Source: Cladosporium halotolerans
Taxonomy: Eukaryota
Direction of reading: 5' to 3'
Assembly: GCF_011745625.1 (NCBI RefSeq)
Contig: NW_027191457.1
Coordinates: forward strand, 248,001 to 312,000
DNA length: 64,000 nt
Positions 48,297 through 60,388 of the stretch are shown piece after piece. The notes beneath the pieces were generated by a model. That model was not told where the DNA came from. It did no database searches and worked only from the letters and a program-made list of their open reading frames with translations. The translations under genes and the position numbers were made by a program. The first letter of the stretch is position 1, and the number at the start of each line of letters is the position of its first letter.

Positions 48297-48756
48297 TGCT
48301 GCCCCGCGCTGCTGCCCCTCGCCGCCCGCGCTCACTCGCCGACCGTCTGTCCACAGCCGCGTGCGAGACTCGCGGAAGGCCGAGCGGATGTGTCTGGAGC
48401 ACAATGCCGAGCTATAAAGATGCTCACGCGCCCACTGCCCTCGCGCCCGAGCGTGTCGAACACCCTGTTGTCCCAAAGTACATCTCGCCGCCTCTCACAA
48501 GAAATCCGTCCGCGCACGTCGGCACGCCTCACCGCGCTCCACATTGAATCGTCACCCGGACTGAGCGTTGCTACTCCACCTCAGTGATATCATCTCGACC
48601 TAACCTCCCACACGCTGAGACGCTGCCAACAACCCAAGAAAATTGTTGAAAGCCTGACCGCGCCTGCTCCTGTGAAACCACACCTCTCTCTTGCGACAAT
48701 CCAGCAGCATCCACTCCACTCCACTCCCACCACCTCCCTCACACACATCCACAATC

Positions 48757-49922
48757 ATGTCTATGAACGGGCAGAGCGGCGCCGTTGGCCAGGAGAACAT
48801 CAACACCAACATCGTCACCCTCACCAGATACCTCAATGAGGAGCAGACCAAGTACTCGGAAGCCACCGGTGACTTCACGTATGTCTAGCAATGAGAGATC
48901 CCCAAACCGATCAGCCACTGACTTACCACCAAACAGCCTCCTCTGCCACGCCCTCCAGTTCTCCTTCAAGTCAATTGCCTACTACATCCGCCGCGCCAGC
49001 TTGATCAACCTCTCCGGTCTCGCAGGCTCCGCAAACTCCACAGGCGATGACCAGAAGAAGCTCGATGTGATCGGCAACGACCTCTTCATCGCCGCCATGC
49101 GCTCCTGCGGCCGCGTGCGCATTCTCGTGTCCGAGGAGGAAGAGGAGGCCATTGAGTTCCCCGCGGGCCCTAACGCGAAGTACGCCGTGGCTTGCGACCC
49201 GATCGACGGCTCCAGCAACCTGGACGCCGGTGTGTCTGTCGGCACTATTTTCGGCATCTACAAGCTCTCGGACGATGCCAAGGGCACCAAGGAGGACCTC
49301 CTCCGCCCCGGCACCGACCTCGTCGCCGCCGGCTTCACCATGTACGGCGCATCCGCGCAGCTCGTCATGACGATGAAGGGCGGCCCTGTCAACGGCTTCA
49401 CCATGGACGACAACCTGGGCGAGTTCATCCTCACGCACCCGGACATGAGGATGCCCAAGAAGCGCTCCATCTACTCCTGCAACGAGGGCAACAGCAAGTA
49501 CTGGGACGTCGCCACCCGCGAGTGGTGCGACACCATCAAGAACGCCGAGAAGCCCTACTCCGCCCGCTACATCGGCTCCATGGTCGCCGACGCCTACCGC
49601 ACCCTGCTCTACGGCGGCATCTTCGCCTACCCCGCCGACAGCAAGACGCCCAAGGGCAAGCTGCGCATTCTGTACGAGTGCGGCCCCATGGCCATGATCT
49701 TTGAGCAGGGTAAGTCTCGACCCTTCTGCCACTGTAACGTTTGAGATTCATTTGCTAACTCCTCTTTCAACAGCTGGCGGCCAAGCAGTCGACAGCAACA
49801 TGGCGCGCATGCTCACCGTCGTCCCCGAGAGCATCCACGACCGCAGCGGCATCTTCCTCGGCTCCTACGACGAGGTCCAGCTCGTCATCGACATTCACAA
49901 GAAGCACGGCATCTCCGTGTAA
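48757..49922 (+). CDS. fbp1: Fructose-1,6-bisphosphatase
   Basis: NSTGDDQKKLDVIGND, DPIDGSSN, ARYIGSMVAD and GKLRILYEC; introns 48879-48936 and 49710-49773. Confidence 0.97.
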
Positions 49923-50963
49923 GAAAGAAAGAATGATATCCACACGTGATTGTTATGGAAGTTTCTTTTGGCCGGGCAGACACGAGATGTTTTGATTTAC
50001 GATTTCAGACGAAACGATGAAGTTCGAGCGGGATCGGTGTTGGATGATGGATTGCCTTGCATCTTTGGAAGGGCGCTCGCGCGCGATGCATGCTATCGGA
50101 TTTTTGTCTGATGTGGGGCTGAATCCAACTATTTTTCTTGTTCATATGAATTGAAAGGATGCTGAATGAACATCAGTTCCTTCATTAAATGCTAGGCCCC
50201 CAGGTTCTCCCCATCGATAGCAACCCCTCTGCAGCCCCGCCCTCGAAGCTCCCAGCTGCACGAGTGGCGTGCGGACTATAGTCACCCACCAAACATCTTT
50301 CGCGAACAGTGCCCAAAAATGATTTCTCTCGACGTTTCTGAGGCGATCATGAGTCAGGTTGCTTTCCCAAATTCCCTGTGTCTAATTGTGTATAGTCTAT
50401 GCCCTAGATCCTCTAGGTGTCTGTATCCTTTTTATCTGTGACTGTACCTGTGTATTCGTGAATGAAACCGGTATAACGCCATTGAACAACAAGAAACGCT
50501 GAAGCAATCCGCAATGCTTTCTGGAAGGGAGAGGAGACTGGAAATACTCGTGCCGCGACGTCATTCCGCCTCCCCCCTGACATCCCACCACATGCTGTGC
50601 CATCAAATCGACAGAAACCAGCACTTCCCTGCCCTGCCCTCCCTATCACCTCACTTCACTAGACGATTCCAGACTCCCTGGAACTAAGCCCAGCCCGTCC
50701 TCCAGCACTTTTCCCGACCCTACCTCACCAACACGTCCAGGCGATTTAGGGCACGAGAAGAGCATCGTGTGACCGTCCCGCAAAATAAGCCGAATTGCTT
50801 CGCCCTGTCGAAAAACAGCTGACGAGGCACCTCCAGCCCCGGAGAAAAGCCAAAGCCAAAGCCACCAAAAGATTCGAGGGAGACGGCGCGCCAGGACAAC
50901 ATTCCGCACGAGCTTCCGAGACCAGGCAGTGGAACCAAACCCTCCTCGCTCGAGCGCCACTTA

Positions 50964-51434
50964 TTAGATCGAAAGCACGCTGTCCCGCTTGCCCCCTCCC
51001 TCCCGGCCCCTCTGCATGTCCTCCGCGCTCAGCACGTCCTCCGGCGCCATCGTCAGCAGCACCACCATCTCGACGTCGCCCCGCTCCTCCGCCTCCCGCA
51101 GCACTCTGCCGTCTCTCAGGTGCCGGTCTTCGCCCCACAGGCCGCGCCGCAGCCGCTCGGCCAGCAGCAGCTGCGTGACGCGCAGGTGGCCCGCGCGGGC
51201 GGCGAGGAAGAGGGGGGAGTGGGAGGCGGGGAGCGAGGCGGGGGAGGGGTCGCCGCCGGCGGAGAGGAGGGTGAGGGTCAGGGGGAGGTTGTTGGTTTGG
51301 GCGGCGTGGGTGAGGGCGTCGGGGTTGATGGTGGTTGGGAGGGTTGAGAGGTGGGCGGCGAAGGGGTCGATGAAGGGGATTGCAGAGGCGGTGGCGTCGA
51401 GGCCTGGGAGGCTGGTGTGAGGCGAGGAGAGCAT
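50964..51434 (-). CDS. Small ankyrin-repeat protein
   Basis: ALTHAAQTNNLPLTLTLLSAGGDP and SPLFLAARAGHLRVTQLLL ankyrin-like units; start uncertain. Confidence 0.6.
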   Translation of the reverse strand: MLSSPHTSLPGLDATASAIPFIDPFAAHLSTLPTTINPDALTHAAQTNNLPLTLTLLSAGGDPSPASLPASHSPLFLAARAGHLRVTQLLLAERLRRGLWGEDRHLRDGRVLREAEERGDVEMVVLLTMAPEDVLSAEDMQRGREGGGKRDSVLSI

Positions 51435-52405
51435 GGCTTTTCTTTTCTTTTCTTTGTTGAGTCCTTTGATTCTTTTGGTTTTGAGACCCTCGAGGAGTCC
51501 CTGCTGGTGGCGGATCGGGCTCGTGGGCGAGAGCAAGCGAGCGAAGGCGTCCCAGGTAGTGAGCTTGTAGTCGTAGCCGTAGTATCAGGGGCAAAAAATA
51601 ACACCCAATATATATGTCAAAAAGAAAATCGGTCGACTCCGTCCGGCTCCCAAAAAGAGATTTGACGATGTATACTTAGATATATGTACCTCCAGGAAAG
51701 CTGAACCTCAAAGACGATAATAATGACAGCAAACCCTCCCAAACCAAACCAAGCCTTCGCCTCGCCTCACCTCCCCGTCCATCGCCTCTCCGCACCCCGG
51801 CGAGCGCCCGTAGTCGGTGAAAGAAAATCATCCCTGCGCCGAAGAGACACCATCGACGTAGCGCCTCGTAGCGTCCGCGTGCACTGGCGCGCTTGCGAAC
51901 AGCGAGCGTCGGCTGGCCCCGACCCGACCGAAGAGGGAAGCCGGGCGCCCCCGGGGATTAGCCGGCTTCGCGTTGCTGGCATGGCATGGCGATCTGCGAG
52001 CGGGATGGGATATATGCAACGTGTATGTATGTGTGCCAAGGGGCATAGTATGGGTTCGGATATGCGGTTCGTCGTAGTGGGCGGTGGTGAAGTGGCATTA
52101 CTTGGTTGGATTAGGCGGCCGGGCGCGATGGCGGTCGAGATGGGGCGCGAGAGCGATTGATGGATATAGAATGCGGGAGATTACAGGACGGCTCCAAGAG
52201 ACCTTAATGACCGACATAGACGGTGTTTTGACGAAGCACAAGATAACAACAAAGCGAAATTTAGTTTGCGCCGAATGCCCTGAACCTATGTACATGATAC
52301 ACAAACAAAAAGAAGACATCTGCTACAGTACCGTCCTAGGGCGTCCTCCCGTACGTTACGGAAGGCGACCTTTTCCAACATGCGTCTACTCAACACACTC
52401 TATAC

Positions 52406-55400
52406 TTACTCGCCCTTGAGCTTGTCCTGCTTGACGGAGAAAGCCATCTCGAGCAAGTCGCCCTCCTCCTTCATGTGGGTGGACTTGAGACCAGTGGCGA
52501 CGGAGGCGCTGGGGTTGCGGCCGGCGTACATGACGTGCTTCCTGTCGTGGTTCTGGGTGTTGTTGAGCAGGGTCTCGATTCTGGGCTGGGTGAAGGACCA
52601 GGCGCCGGCGTTCAGAGGCTCCTCCTGGCACCAGACGATGGTCTCGGCGTTGGGGTAGGAGTCGAGGTTGTCGCGGAGCTGGGCCCAGGGGAAGGGGTTC
52701 AGCTGCTCGATGCGGGTGATGGCGGTGTCGGTGATCTTGTTGGCCTCGCGGTGCTTGAAAAGGGTGGCGAAGACCTGGCCGGTACAGAGGATGACGCGCT
52801 TGATCTTCTCGGGCTCGTCGATCTTGAAGGCGGCGTCCTCGGCGTGGTGAGGGTCCTCGATGATCCACTTGAAGTGGCTCTCGCCGGTGAAGTCCTCGAG
52901 GCTGGAGCGGGACAACGGGTGACGGAGGAGAGCCTTGGAGAAGAAAGAGATGAGAGGCTTGCGGAACTGGCGGTTCATCTGGCGACGGAGGATGTGGAAG
53001 TTATTGGCGGGGGTGGTGCAGTAGGCGATCTGCATGTTGCAGTCCTGGTGCTGGCGCTCGAGGGCCTCAGGGCTGGGGAAGATACGCGGGTCCTCGTTAC
53101 ACAGCTGCAGGAAACGCTCCATGCGGCCGGAAGAGTGCTCAGGACCCTGGCCGTCGTAACCGTGAGGCATGCTCATGACGAGACCGGAACGCTGGAGCCA
53201 CTTGACCTCACCAGAGGCGATGAACTGATCGATGATGCACTGAGCGTTGTTGGCGAAGTCACCGAATTGAGCCTCCCAGATGACGAGGGCGGTGGGCGAA
53301 GAGAGGGAGTATCCGTACTCGAAGCCCAGGACACCGAACTCGGACAAGCTGGAGTTGGAGATGCTGAAGGTACCCTGGTCCTTGCTAACGTGCTGCAGAG
53401 GAGTGTAGGCGCGCTCAGACTCCTGGTCGTGGACAACGGCGTGGCGCTGGGAGAAGGTACCACGCTCGACATCCTGACCAGACACACGCACGTGGTGGCC
53501 CTCCATGCAGAGCGAACCGAAAGCAAGAGCCTCAGCGGTGGCCATGTCGATGTTCTTACCCTCGGTCACGGTCTTGGTGCGGTTGGACAAGATACGCTTG
53601 AGGTTCTTGTGGACGTGGATGTCCTCCTTCATCTCACCAATGACCTTGCTGATGTGCTTGAGGTCGTCAGCAGCGACAGCGGTGGGCAGGTGGGGAAGGA
53701 CCTCGGTGGCAAGCTCCTTGGGAGACTTGAAACCGTTCCAGGCGCTGGTCAGCCACTCCTTGGCGGTAGGCTGGTAGTCCTTGGATCTCGAGAAAGACTC
53801 CTCGAGCATGCCCCAGACCCACTTCTTGTGCTCATCAATGTCATCCTTGGTGAATGTCTTCTCCTTGAGAAGCTTGTCAACGTAGATGTCCATGGAAGGC
53901 TGCAGCTCGTTGATGCGCTTGTACATCAGAGGCTGGGTGAAGGAAGGCTGGTCAGTCTCGTTGTGGCCCTGCTTGCGGTAGCAGACCATGTCGATAACGA
54001 CATCCTTCTTGAACTCGGCACGCCAGTCAGCAGCGAGCTGGCAGACGAAGTTGAGGGCCTCAACATCGTCACCGTTGACGTGGAAGATAGGAGCATCGAT
54101 CGCCTTGGCGATGTCAGAGCAGTAAGGGGTAGAGCGAGAGAAACGCGGGTCGGTGGTGAAACCGATCTGGTTGTTGACGACAATGTGGATGGTGCCACCA
54201 GTCTGGTAGCCAGGGAGGTTGTGGAAGCCCATGGTTTCGTAGACGATACCCTGACCAGCGAAAGCGGCGTCACCGTGAAGGAGGACGCTCATGGCGCTGT
54301 TGGCGTGCTTCTCGTCGTTGTTGTAGTGGAGGATGGCACGGGTCTTGCCGAGCACAACGGGGTCCTCAGCCTCCAAGTGAGAGGGGTTGGCGACAAGAGA
54401 CAGCTGCACGCGCTTGCCGGAAGGCGTGGGGCGCTCGAAGTTCATGCCCAAGTGGTACTTGACATCACCGCTGCCCTCATCGGAAGGCTCAGCGCTGCCA
54501 CCGAACTCAGAGAAGATGGACTCGTTGGGCTTGCGGACGACGTTGGACAGGACGTTGAGACGACCTCTGTGGGGCATGCCGATGACGATGTCCTTGACAC
54601 CGTAGTCGACAGAGCGGTCAATCAGAGCCTTCATACCAGGAATGAGGGACTCGCCACCCTCGAGACCGAAACGCTTGTCGTTGGGGTACTTGGTAGCGAG
54701 GAAAGCCTCGAAAGAAGAAGACCAGATCATGCGGTCGAGGATGCGACGCTTCTCGTCGACAGAGTACTTGTAAGGCTGGGGAACCTCAACGCGCTGCCTG
54801 ATCCAGTCGCACTGCTCGCGATCGGGAATGTGGATGTACTCGATACCGTAGCTGCCAGAGTAGATCCTCTCGCAAGCGTCAACAATCTCCCTCAGGGTCA
54901 TCTTGTCCCTGCCCTCAGTCTTAAAGCTGGGCAAGATACCCGGGCCGAGAGAGAATTCCTGGTCCATGTCCTGCTCAGTGAAGTTGTAGCTCTTAAGGTC
55001 CAACTCTTTGGGCTTGCCGACGCCGAAGGGCTGCTGGGCCTCATTCCTGATGCCGAGCGGGTCGATTCTGGCCTTGTGGTGGCCGCGGGCCTGGTATGCG
55101 CGGACGAGGAGCTGGACCTTCAAGTGGTTGGTGACGTCGCTGCCGGCGCCCTGGCCAGGCGCAGCGGCAAAGCTGGCGCCGGGCACACCACCAGCGGGCT
55201 GGGCAACGATGCTGGGGGGAGGGACGAAGGCCTTGCTGATGGGCATGTCGCCACTCTCCATGTTCTTGAAGTAGACTTGCCATGAGCCGTGGACGGACTT
55301 GGGGTCCTCCTTCCACATCATGTACATCTCGTCGACATAGTTTGCGGTGTTGCCGGAGAGAAAAGAGTCCGAGGGGTCGACACCCTTGTCGGTGTCTTCG

Positions 55401-55582
55401 GCGGCGACGGCATAGTTGCGGTACTGCGAGGTCCACTTGTTGTATGCGGTGACGCCGAGTTCCGTTCTCTTTGCTACCAGAGCAGAGCGCGGCGTGCCGC
55501 GGGCGATGCTACTGAAGCTCCTCGCGGCACTCTGGCCGCTGAGGACGCGTTTACTGCATTGGGACAGCTGAGAGCGCAGCAT
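52406..55582 (-). CDS. kgd1: 2-oxoglutarate dehydrogenase E1, mitochondrial, single exon
   Basis: Mitochondrial presequence; [33 protein letters not shown] and [12 protein letters not shown]. Confidence 0.98.
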   Translation of the reverse strand: MLRSQLSQCSKRVLSGQSAARSFSSIARGTPRSALVAKRTELGVTAYNKWTSQYRNYAVAAEDTDKGVDPSDSFLSGNTANYVDEMYMMWKEDPKSVHGSWQVYFKNMESGDMPISKAFVPPPSIVAQPAGGVPGASFAAAPGQGAGSDVTNHLKVQLLVRAYQARGHHKARIDPLGIRNEAQQPFGVGKPKELDLKSYNFTEQDMDQEFSLGPGILPSFKTEGRDKMTLREIVDACERIYSGSYGIEYIHIPDREQCDWIRQRVEVPQPYKYSVDEKRRILDRMIWSSSFEAFLATKYPNDKRFGLEGGESLIPGMKALIDRSVDYGVKDIVIGMPHRGRLNVLSNVVRKPNESIFSEFGGSAEPSDEGSGDVKYHLGMNFERPTPSGKRVQLSLVANPSHLEAEDPVVLGKTRAILHYNNDEKHANSAMSVLLHGDAAFAGQGIVYETMGFHNLPGYQTGGTIHIVVNNQIGFTTDPRFSRSTPYCSDIAKAIDAPIFHVNGDDVEALNFVCQLAADWRAEFKKDVVIDMVCYRKQGHNETDQPSFTQPLMYKRINELQPSMDIYVDKLLKEKTFTKDDIDEHKKWVWGMLEESFSRSKDYQPTAKEWLTSAWNGFKSPKELATEVLPHLPTAVAADDLKHISKVIGEMKEDIHVHKNLKRILSNRTKTVTEGKNIDMATAEALAFGSLCMEGHHVRVSGQDVERGTFSQRHAVVHDQESERAYTPLQHVSKDQGTFSISNSSLSEFGVLGFEYGYSLSSPTALVIWEAQFGDFANNAQCIIDQFIASGEVKWLQRSGLVMSMPHGYDGQGPEHSSGRMERFLQLCNEDPRIFPSPEALERQHQDCNMQIAYCTTPANNFHILRRQMNRQFRKPLISFFSKALLRHPLSRSSLEDFTGESHFKWIIEDPHHAEDAAFKIDEPEKIKRVILCTGQVFATLFKHREANKITDTAITRIEQLNPFPWAQLRDNLDSYPNAETIVWCQEEPLNAGAWSFTQPRIETLLNNTQNHDRKHVMYAGRNPSASVATGLKSTHMKEEGDLLEMAFSVKQDKLKGE

Positions 55583-56496
55583 TCTCGATGTTGCCGTTCA
55601 TGCGACAAGCTGCAAGAGCTCGAGTTGGTGGATGTAGAGAGGGGTGGAGGGGAGATGGGAGATGGAAGTGAAGGCAGGCGCTGTAGGGCAAGGTGCTGTA
55701 TGGGCTTGAAGTCGCAGCGGCCGGTGATGCTGGCGCTAAACTGCTCTGAGGCTCGGGAGAGGACGGAAAGCCGGGAAAGCCCAGAGCGACCGCGCTGTTT
55801 GAAGCGTGCAGCAAGCAAAGCCCTCCTGCGCAGCTGAGCCGACGGGAGCTTCAGCGCCGCGGTTTCTCTCCTCCGGCATTCCGCGACGACGTCGTCTCCT
55901 GAAAGCTCCGTGAAGGCGCTATTTGTTGCTATTACATACATGCAAGCACAGACGTTCGGCGTCTTGTCTTCGCGAACATCGCTACTTGGCTCCTGTATAT
56001 CATCTCGGAGGCTATAGTACCTGTGTCTCCTGACCAGCTCGTCTACCACTTGCGTGTGTTGCTGTTGCTTGGCTGGCCAGAAGTGGAGGCTGATGACCAG
56101 CTCTTGGTCATGCCCGCAGTTCCAACGTCAGAGGCTTTATTCCGCGGCAATCGGCCGAGCCTAATTCTCGATTCGTTGACTCGTATTGATCTTGGCCCTA
56201 GGAGGCATTCATCAAACATGACCACGTCTGTGGAAGACATCTCATAAGGCCCAGATCGCACGTCTGTCACGTCTGAGGACCTTCAAGCTGGGTACAATCA
56301 AAGGCCATAGTCCAAAAAGTCATAGGTAAAAGTAAGGTGTAAGTAATGTGAAGCTATTTCATTGTCTCATGTGCATACTAGATGATAGGTCCTGTACTCC
56401 ACATGCATCTGACTGTTGGCTCTGTAAGGTATAAGCACCAGGTATCTTCGCATACACCAAACTCCATCCATATACAAAGACAAAAGGAAAGGCGCA

Positions 56497-57692
56497 TCAC
56501 TCCGGGTGCCAGCCCTCCAGATCAAGCCCGCAGATATCCATCCGCTTCTGCGCAAACTCGCCGTACAACTTCGTCCAGTGCCAGTCCGCGTCCTTGTTGT
56601 CCGGCCTGGCTTCACGTTTCATCGCCCACGGCACGTCGTACTCAGGCCCGGGTAGTTTGGGGTCTGAGAATCGTAGGTATGCCACCTTGTCCAGGAAGGC
56701 GGTGGCGTTGAAATCTGATTTCGCCTCGTGGAGCACGCCGATGGAGCGGATGAGTGTGTTATCGTTGTCCGAGGAGGCGAGGAGAAGCGGGTCCGGGAAT
56801 GCGGCTGGGAACCGGGTGTCGTTGAACGATGGCATGGATCCTATCCGTTCGCTCAGAGCTGCGTGCTCTGTTTTCGAGGGCTCCATAAGGAAGAGATCTT
56901 CTGAATGGACGCCATCTCCGGCAGCTGTATCTTGCAGCATCGCGAAGGGCGTTTTCTCTGTGAAAGCCAGAACTGCGTCAAATGGCGACGCGTCCAAGAG
57001 CAGCCCGGGCGTCTCTATGCTCAGCACTCGGTCGAAGTCCGTGAGCGCATACGCGCTAGCCAGAGAATACGTGCTGGACACGCCTTCCTTCGTACTTTCC
57101 ACCACCGGATCGACCGGCCTCAACTCGACGCCATATCTTCTCGCCGCCATGCGCATCAATCTCCGACTCGAATCCATGAACGGGTCGCTCATGGCGCCCT
57201 TTCCCTCTTTCTCGGCGGCCCATGATTTGGGGAACAGTAGCACCTTTCGGGCAGGGCTCTTGAGTCTGTGAAGCTCGCCAAACACCATGATGGAGTTGCA
57301 GACGTCGTGATGTGTGCGCGCCAGCTGAACGTGCGCAAGTCTCTTCCAGTTGACGTTGGTTCCTGTGTCTTCCGTTCTCATGAATTTCTGATATGCGACC
57401 CGTCCCTGACTGCCTATGCTACCTCCAAACATTCGAGACGGCTGTATCGAGTCGGCGAAGGGCGTTTGAACGGTGAGTGAGGGCGGCGCCTGTGGGACTC
57501 TGGGTTTGATGGCATCTTGAAGGTCTTTGACTGTTCTTTGCTGGAGGATGTAGCCAGAAAGGAACAGGATGACTGTAAAGGTTACGACTGGCGGTCAGAC
57601 GGTCAGTAGGAAGCTCAACATTCGTCATCCTTTAGGACCGTACCTATGGTGGATGTGATAGCCACGGAGACTTGACTTTGGGTGAGCAGCAT
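56497..57692 (-). CDS. Type II membrane GT8-like protein (Gnt1-like) lacking DxD
   Basis: Exon 1 MLLTQSQVSVAITSTI, intron 57588-57643, then VVTFTVILFLSGYILQQ in frame with ORF 56497-57432. Motifs NWKRLAHVQ...CNSIMVFGELHRLKS, FSDPKLPGPE and WTKLYGEFAQKRMDICG. Confidence 0.75.
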
Positions 57693-57966
57693 TTTCCCCT
57701 GCGGCACTTTCTGGCCGAAATACCCTCCAGGATAGCGATTGCACTCAGAGTATCCTGAAGTACACAATCAGCCATGACGTACCGCGCGTAGGCCTGTCAA
57801 CTTTTCTATTTATGTGTCGGAGTTGGCTGAGCAACGCCGCTTCCCCGCGAAAGTCGTCGTCGGCCTGTTTCACCAGCCAGCCCAGATTCTGCCATTCCGC
57901 CACTGACGATCAGTGCCTCTCCAACCTTACCGATCCCGGATCCTACCACCCTCAGCGCTCCAAACC

Positions 57967-58683
57967 ATGGCGCACCAGGCTGACGCCAAACGCGCGCTGG
58001 ACGAGCGAGGCTACACGGGCGCACTGATCCGCGGCGACAACCCGCTCAAGCTCTTCGAGAAGCCCGTGCGCGACCGCATCGTCGACTCGTACTACTGGAA
58101 AGAGCAGTGCTTCGGGCTCAACGCCGCGACGCTGCTGGACCGCGCGGTCGAGCTGAGCTTCATCGGCGGCACGTACGGCGTCGCGCAGAAGCCCACGCCC
58201 TTCCTGTGCCTGGCCTTCAAGCTGCTGCAGATCACCCCCGGCCGCGAGATCATCATGTTCTACCTCGAGCAGGAGGAGTACAAGTACCTGCGCGCGCTGG
58301 CGGCGTTCTATATTCGGCTGGCATGGGAGAAGGATGAGGATGTTTACAAGACACTGGAGCCATATTTGAACGATATGCGGAAGCTGAAGAGGCGCACGAG
58401 GGAAGGCTGGGCTTTGACGTATATGGACCAGTTTATTGATGATTTGTTGATCAACACTCGCGTGTGTGCTACGACTCTGCCGAAGATCAATCCGAGGTTG
58501 TTTTTGGAAGATGAGGATAGGCTGGAGCCTAGGGAGAGTGCTTTGGGAGAAGAGCTTGAGGAGATGGAGAATGAGGACGAGGACGCCGGAAGCGAAGGTG
58601 AAGTGGAAGAGGTTGCGAATGGTGATGCGGCAAGAAACGGACGTTCAATTTCTGAGCAGAGAGAGCGAAGTGAGGAGAGGTGA
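57967..58683 (+). CDS. prp38: Pre-mRNA splicing factor Prp38
   Basis: RDRIVDSYYWKEQCFGLNAATL, PTPFLCLAFKLLQI, KYLRALAAFYIRL and acidic tail. Confidence 0.95.
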   Translation: MAHQADAKRALDERGYTGALIRGDNPLKLFEKPVRDRIVDSYYWKEQCFGLNAATLLDRAVELSFIGGTYGVAQKPTPFLCLAFKLLQITPGREIIMFYLEQEEYKYLRALAAFYIRLAWEKDEDVYKTLEPYLNDMRKLKRRTREGWALTYMDQFIDDLLINTRVCATTLPKINPRLFLEDEDRLEPRESALGEELEEMENEDEDAGSEGEVEEVANGDAARNGRSISEQRERSEER

Positions 58684-60388
58684 TCAGCATGGAAAGAGCC
58701 CAGAGGAACAACCTCATCACAACTCAATCGCGGCGTCCACGAGACAAGTCTGGAAGCCATAAATGGCTGGATGGCGAAAGTCTGGGAGTCCGTTCTACGG
58801 CCTGACACAAACGCCTTTCCGCTGAAGTCTCTCAGTCACGTCGCGGATTTGACATGCCTGGCCGTCCATCTGATTGTCGAATATGCTCTGCGGTCACAAC
58901 GGAGACAACGCTAGGCTACTGGGCAACCCGGAAAACGCGCGTGAACGTCACAACTCAGGACAGCATGGCAGAGAAACCAATGGTTGCTGGTAGCAATGTT
59001 GCAGTGTTTCCGAAGGAAGCTCACAGCAGCTTGTTCATGGGCCGTATGGAGCCGCGGGCGTCCTTGTCTATGTTGGCGCCAACGGGAGTCTAAGAGCACG
59101 AGTCTGAAATTTGCAGGTTTTGACGGCAGTTGATTTAGGACATCGTAGCATACCGTCTCGGCGGGCATTGGTGCCGAGAGGGCCATTTGCCCTACTTGGG
59201 TTGGCGTCAACGCCGAGCGCTGCAGCTCCACGTGGCAAAGGGATGTAGAGCATGGTTCATCTGAGATGCTGAATACGGCGTGAACAGCCTCAGAGAGCTA
59301 AGCCGGTGGAAATGAATCACCCCAAAAAGTGCTACCTCCAAAGGTCGTGCACTTTACAGAATGCTCGACGTGGTGTGGACACGAGGTTGAAATAGTGAAG
59401 AAATGAAGCAGTCTACCTATATCACAGAAATGCCCTGCGCACATTAATTTTGTCAAGGATCGACCGGGCCTCGACGGAAGGGACGTAGCGGACACGCAGG
59501 CTTCTAATTGCAATGTCCTCAAGTCTGGGGCGCTGAGGGTGTTCGTGGCGGAGAGGGCGCCAGCGTACCTGGCATTAGCTGTACAATAGACCAGGTATAT
59601 CATTGGCTGACACTTCGTGGGCGAATAGACGCTGTTGCGGCGTTTTCGAAGAGGGTGAAGTTGAGATGAGGACTGCCTGATTGGGGAATTGTGGCGTCTG
59701 CACGTGGTGAGCGCAGCCGAGCTGGCTCTGGCGCCAGAGCCGTTGTCCATTTCCTCACGCGAGGCTTGAACTCAACTTCCTGCCCACCTCTCTCCTATTG
59801 GAACCAGCGTCGGCTATACCGCGAACGATCCGAATTCAGCTTCTAAGCTGCTATTTGGGCACTTTTAGAACAGAGGCCGGAACGCATAGGGCTTCGCTTG
59901 TGGGGGTCTGACCGTTTCTTCCTCAGCAGCTTGCGCCTATACGACAATCTTCTGGCCTCACTCGGACGCGCCGAAGGCCAAACAGCTCTATCGATCTTTC
60001 CTAATGACATGGCGTTTTCTTCGCCGCCCCGTCACAGTGCTGAAGCCAAGCGGTCGAGCTCCTGGCGTCAGTTCTGTCCATTCAGCGTCCTACCGTTGAC
60101 TCCCGAGTCCTCACCACATGCCTCCAAACCGTCGTGACTCCGGGGAAATGGTGGCTTTCTGGAGCCATAGCCGTCGGTAAGTTTGGTTCCGGACACGCTC
60201 CGCGAGACGCCACGCGCTATATTGGTCGCGCGATGGAGAACAACCACAATCACTAGCTTGCGGCTTGCACGGCAAAGGTGGGAATACAACTACCTGACTC
60301 GCCCCCCCTTATGCTCCTCATATGTTACCGAAGCGTCCTGTCTCACTTTATTTTCCTTATATCTGATCGGCAGCTGTGCTCCTCGTTA

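Noticed and set aside
52475..55285. 936-aa antisense ORF opposite kgd1
   Set aside because: Same codon-bias shadow, in register with the sense codons.
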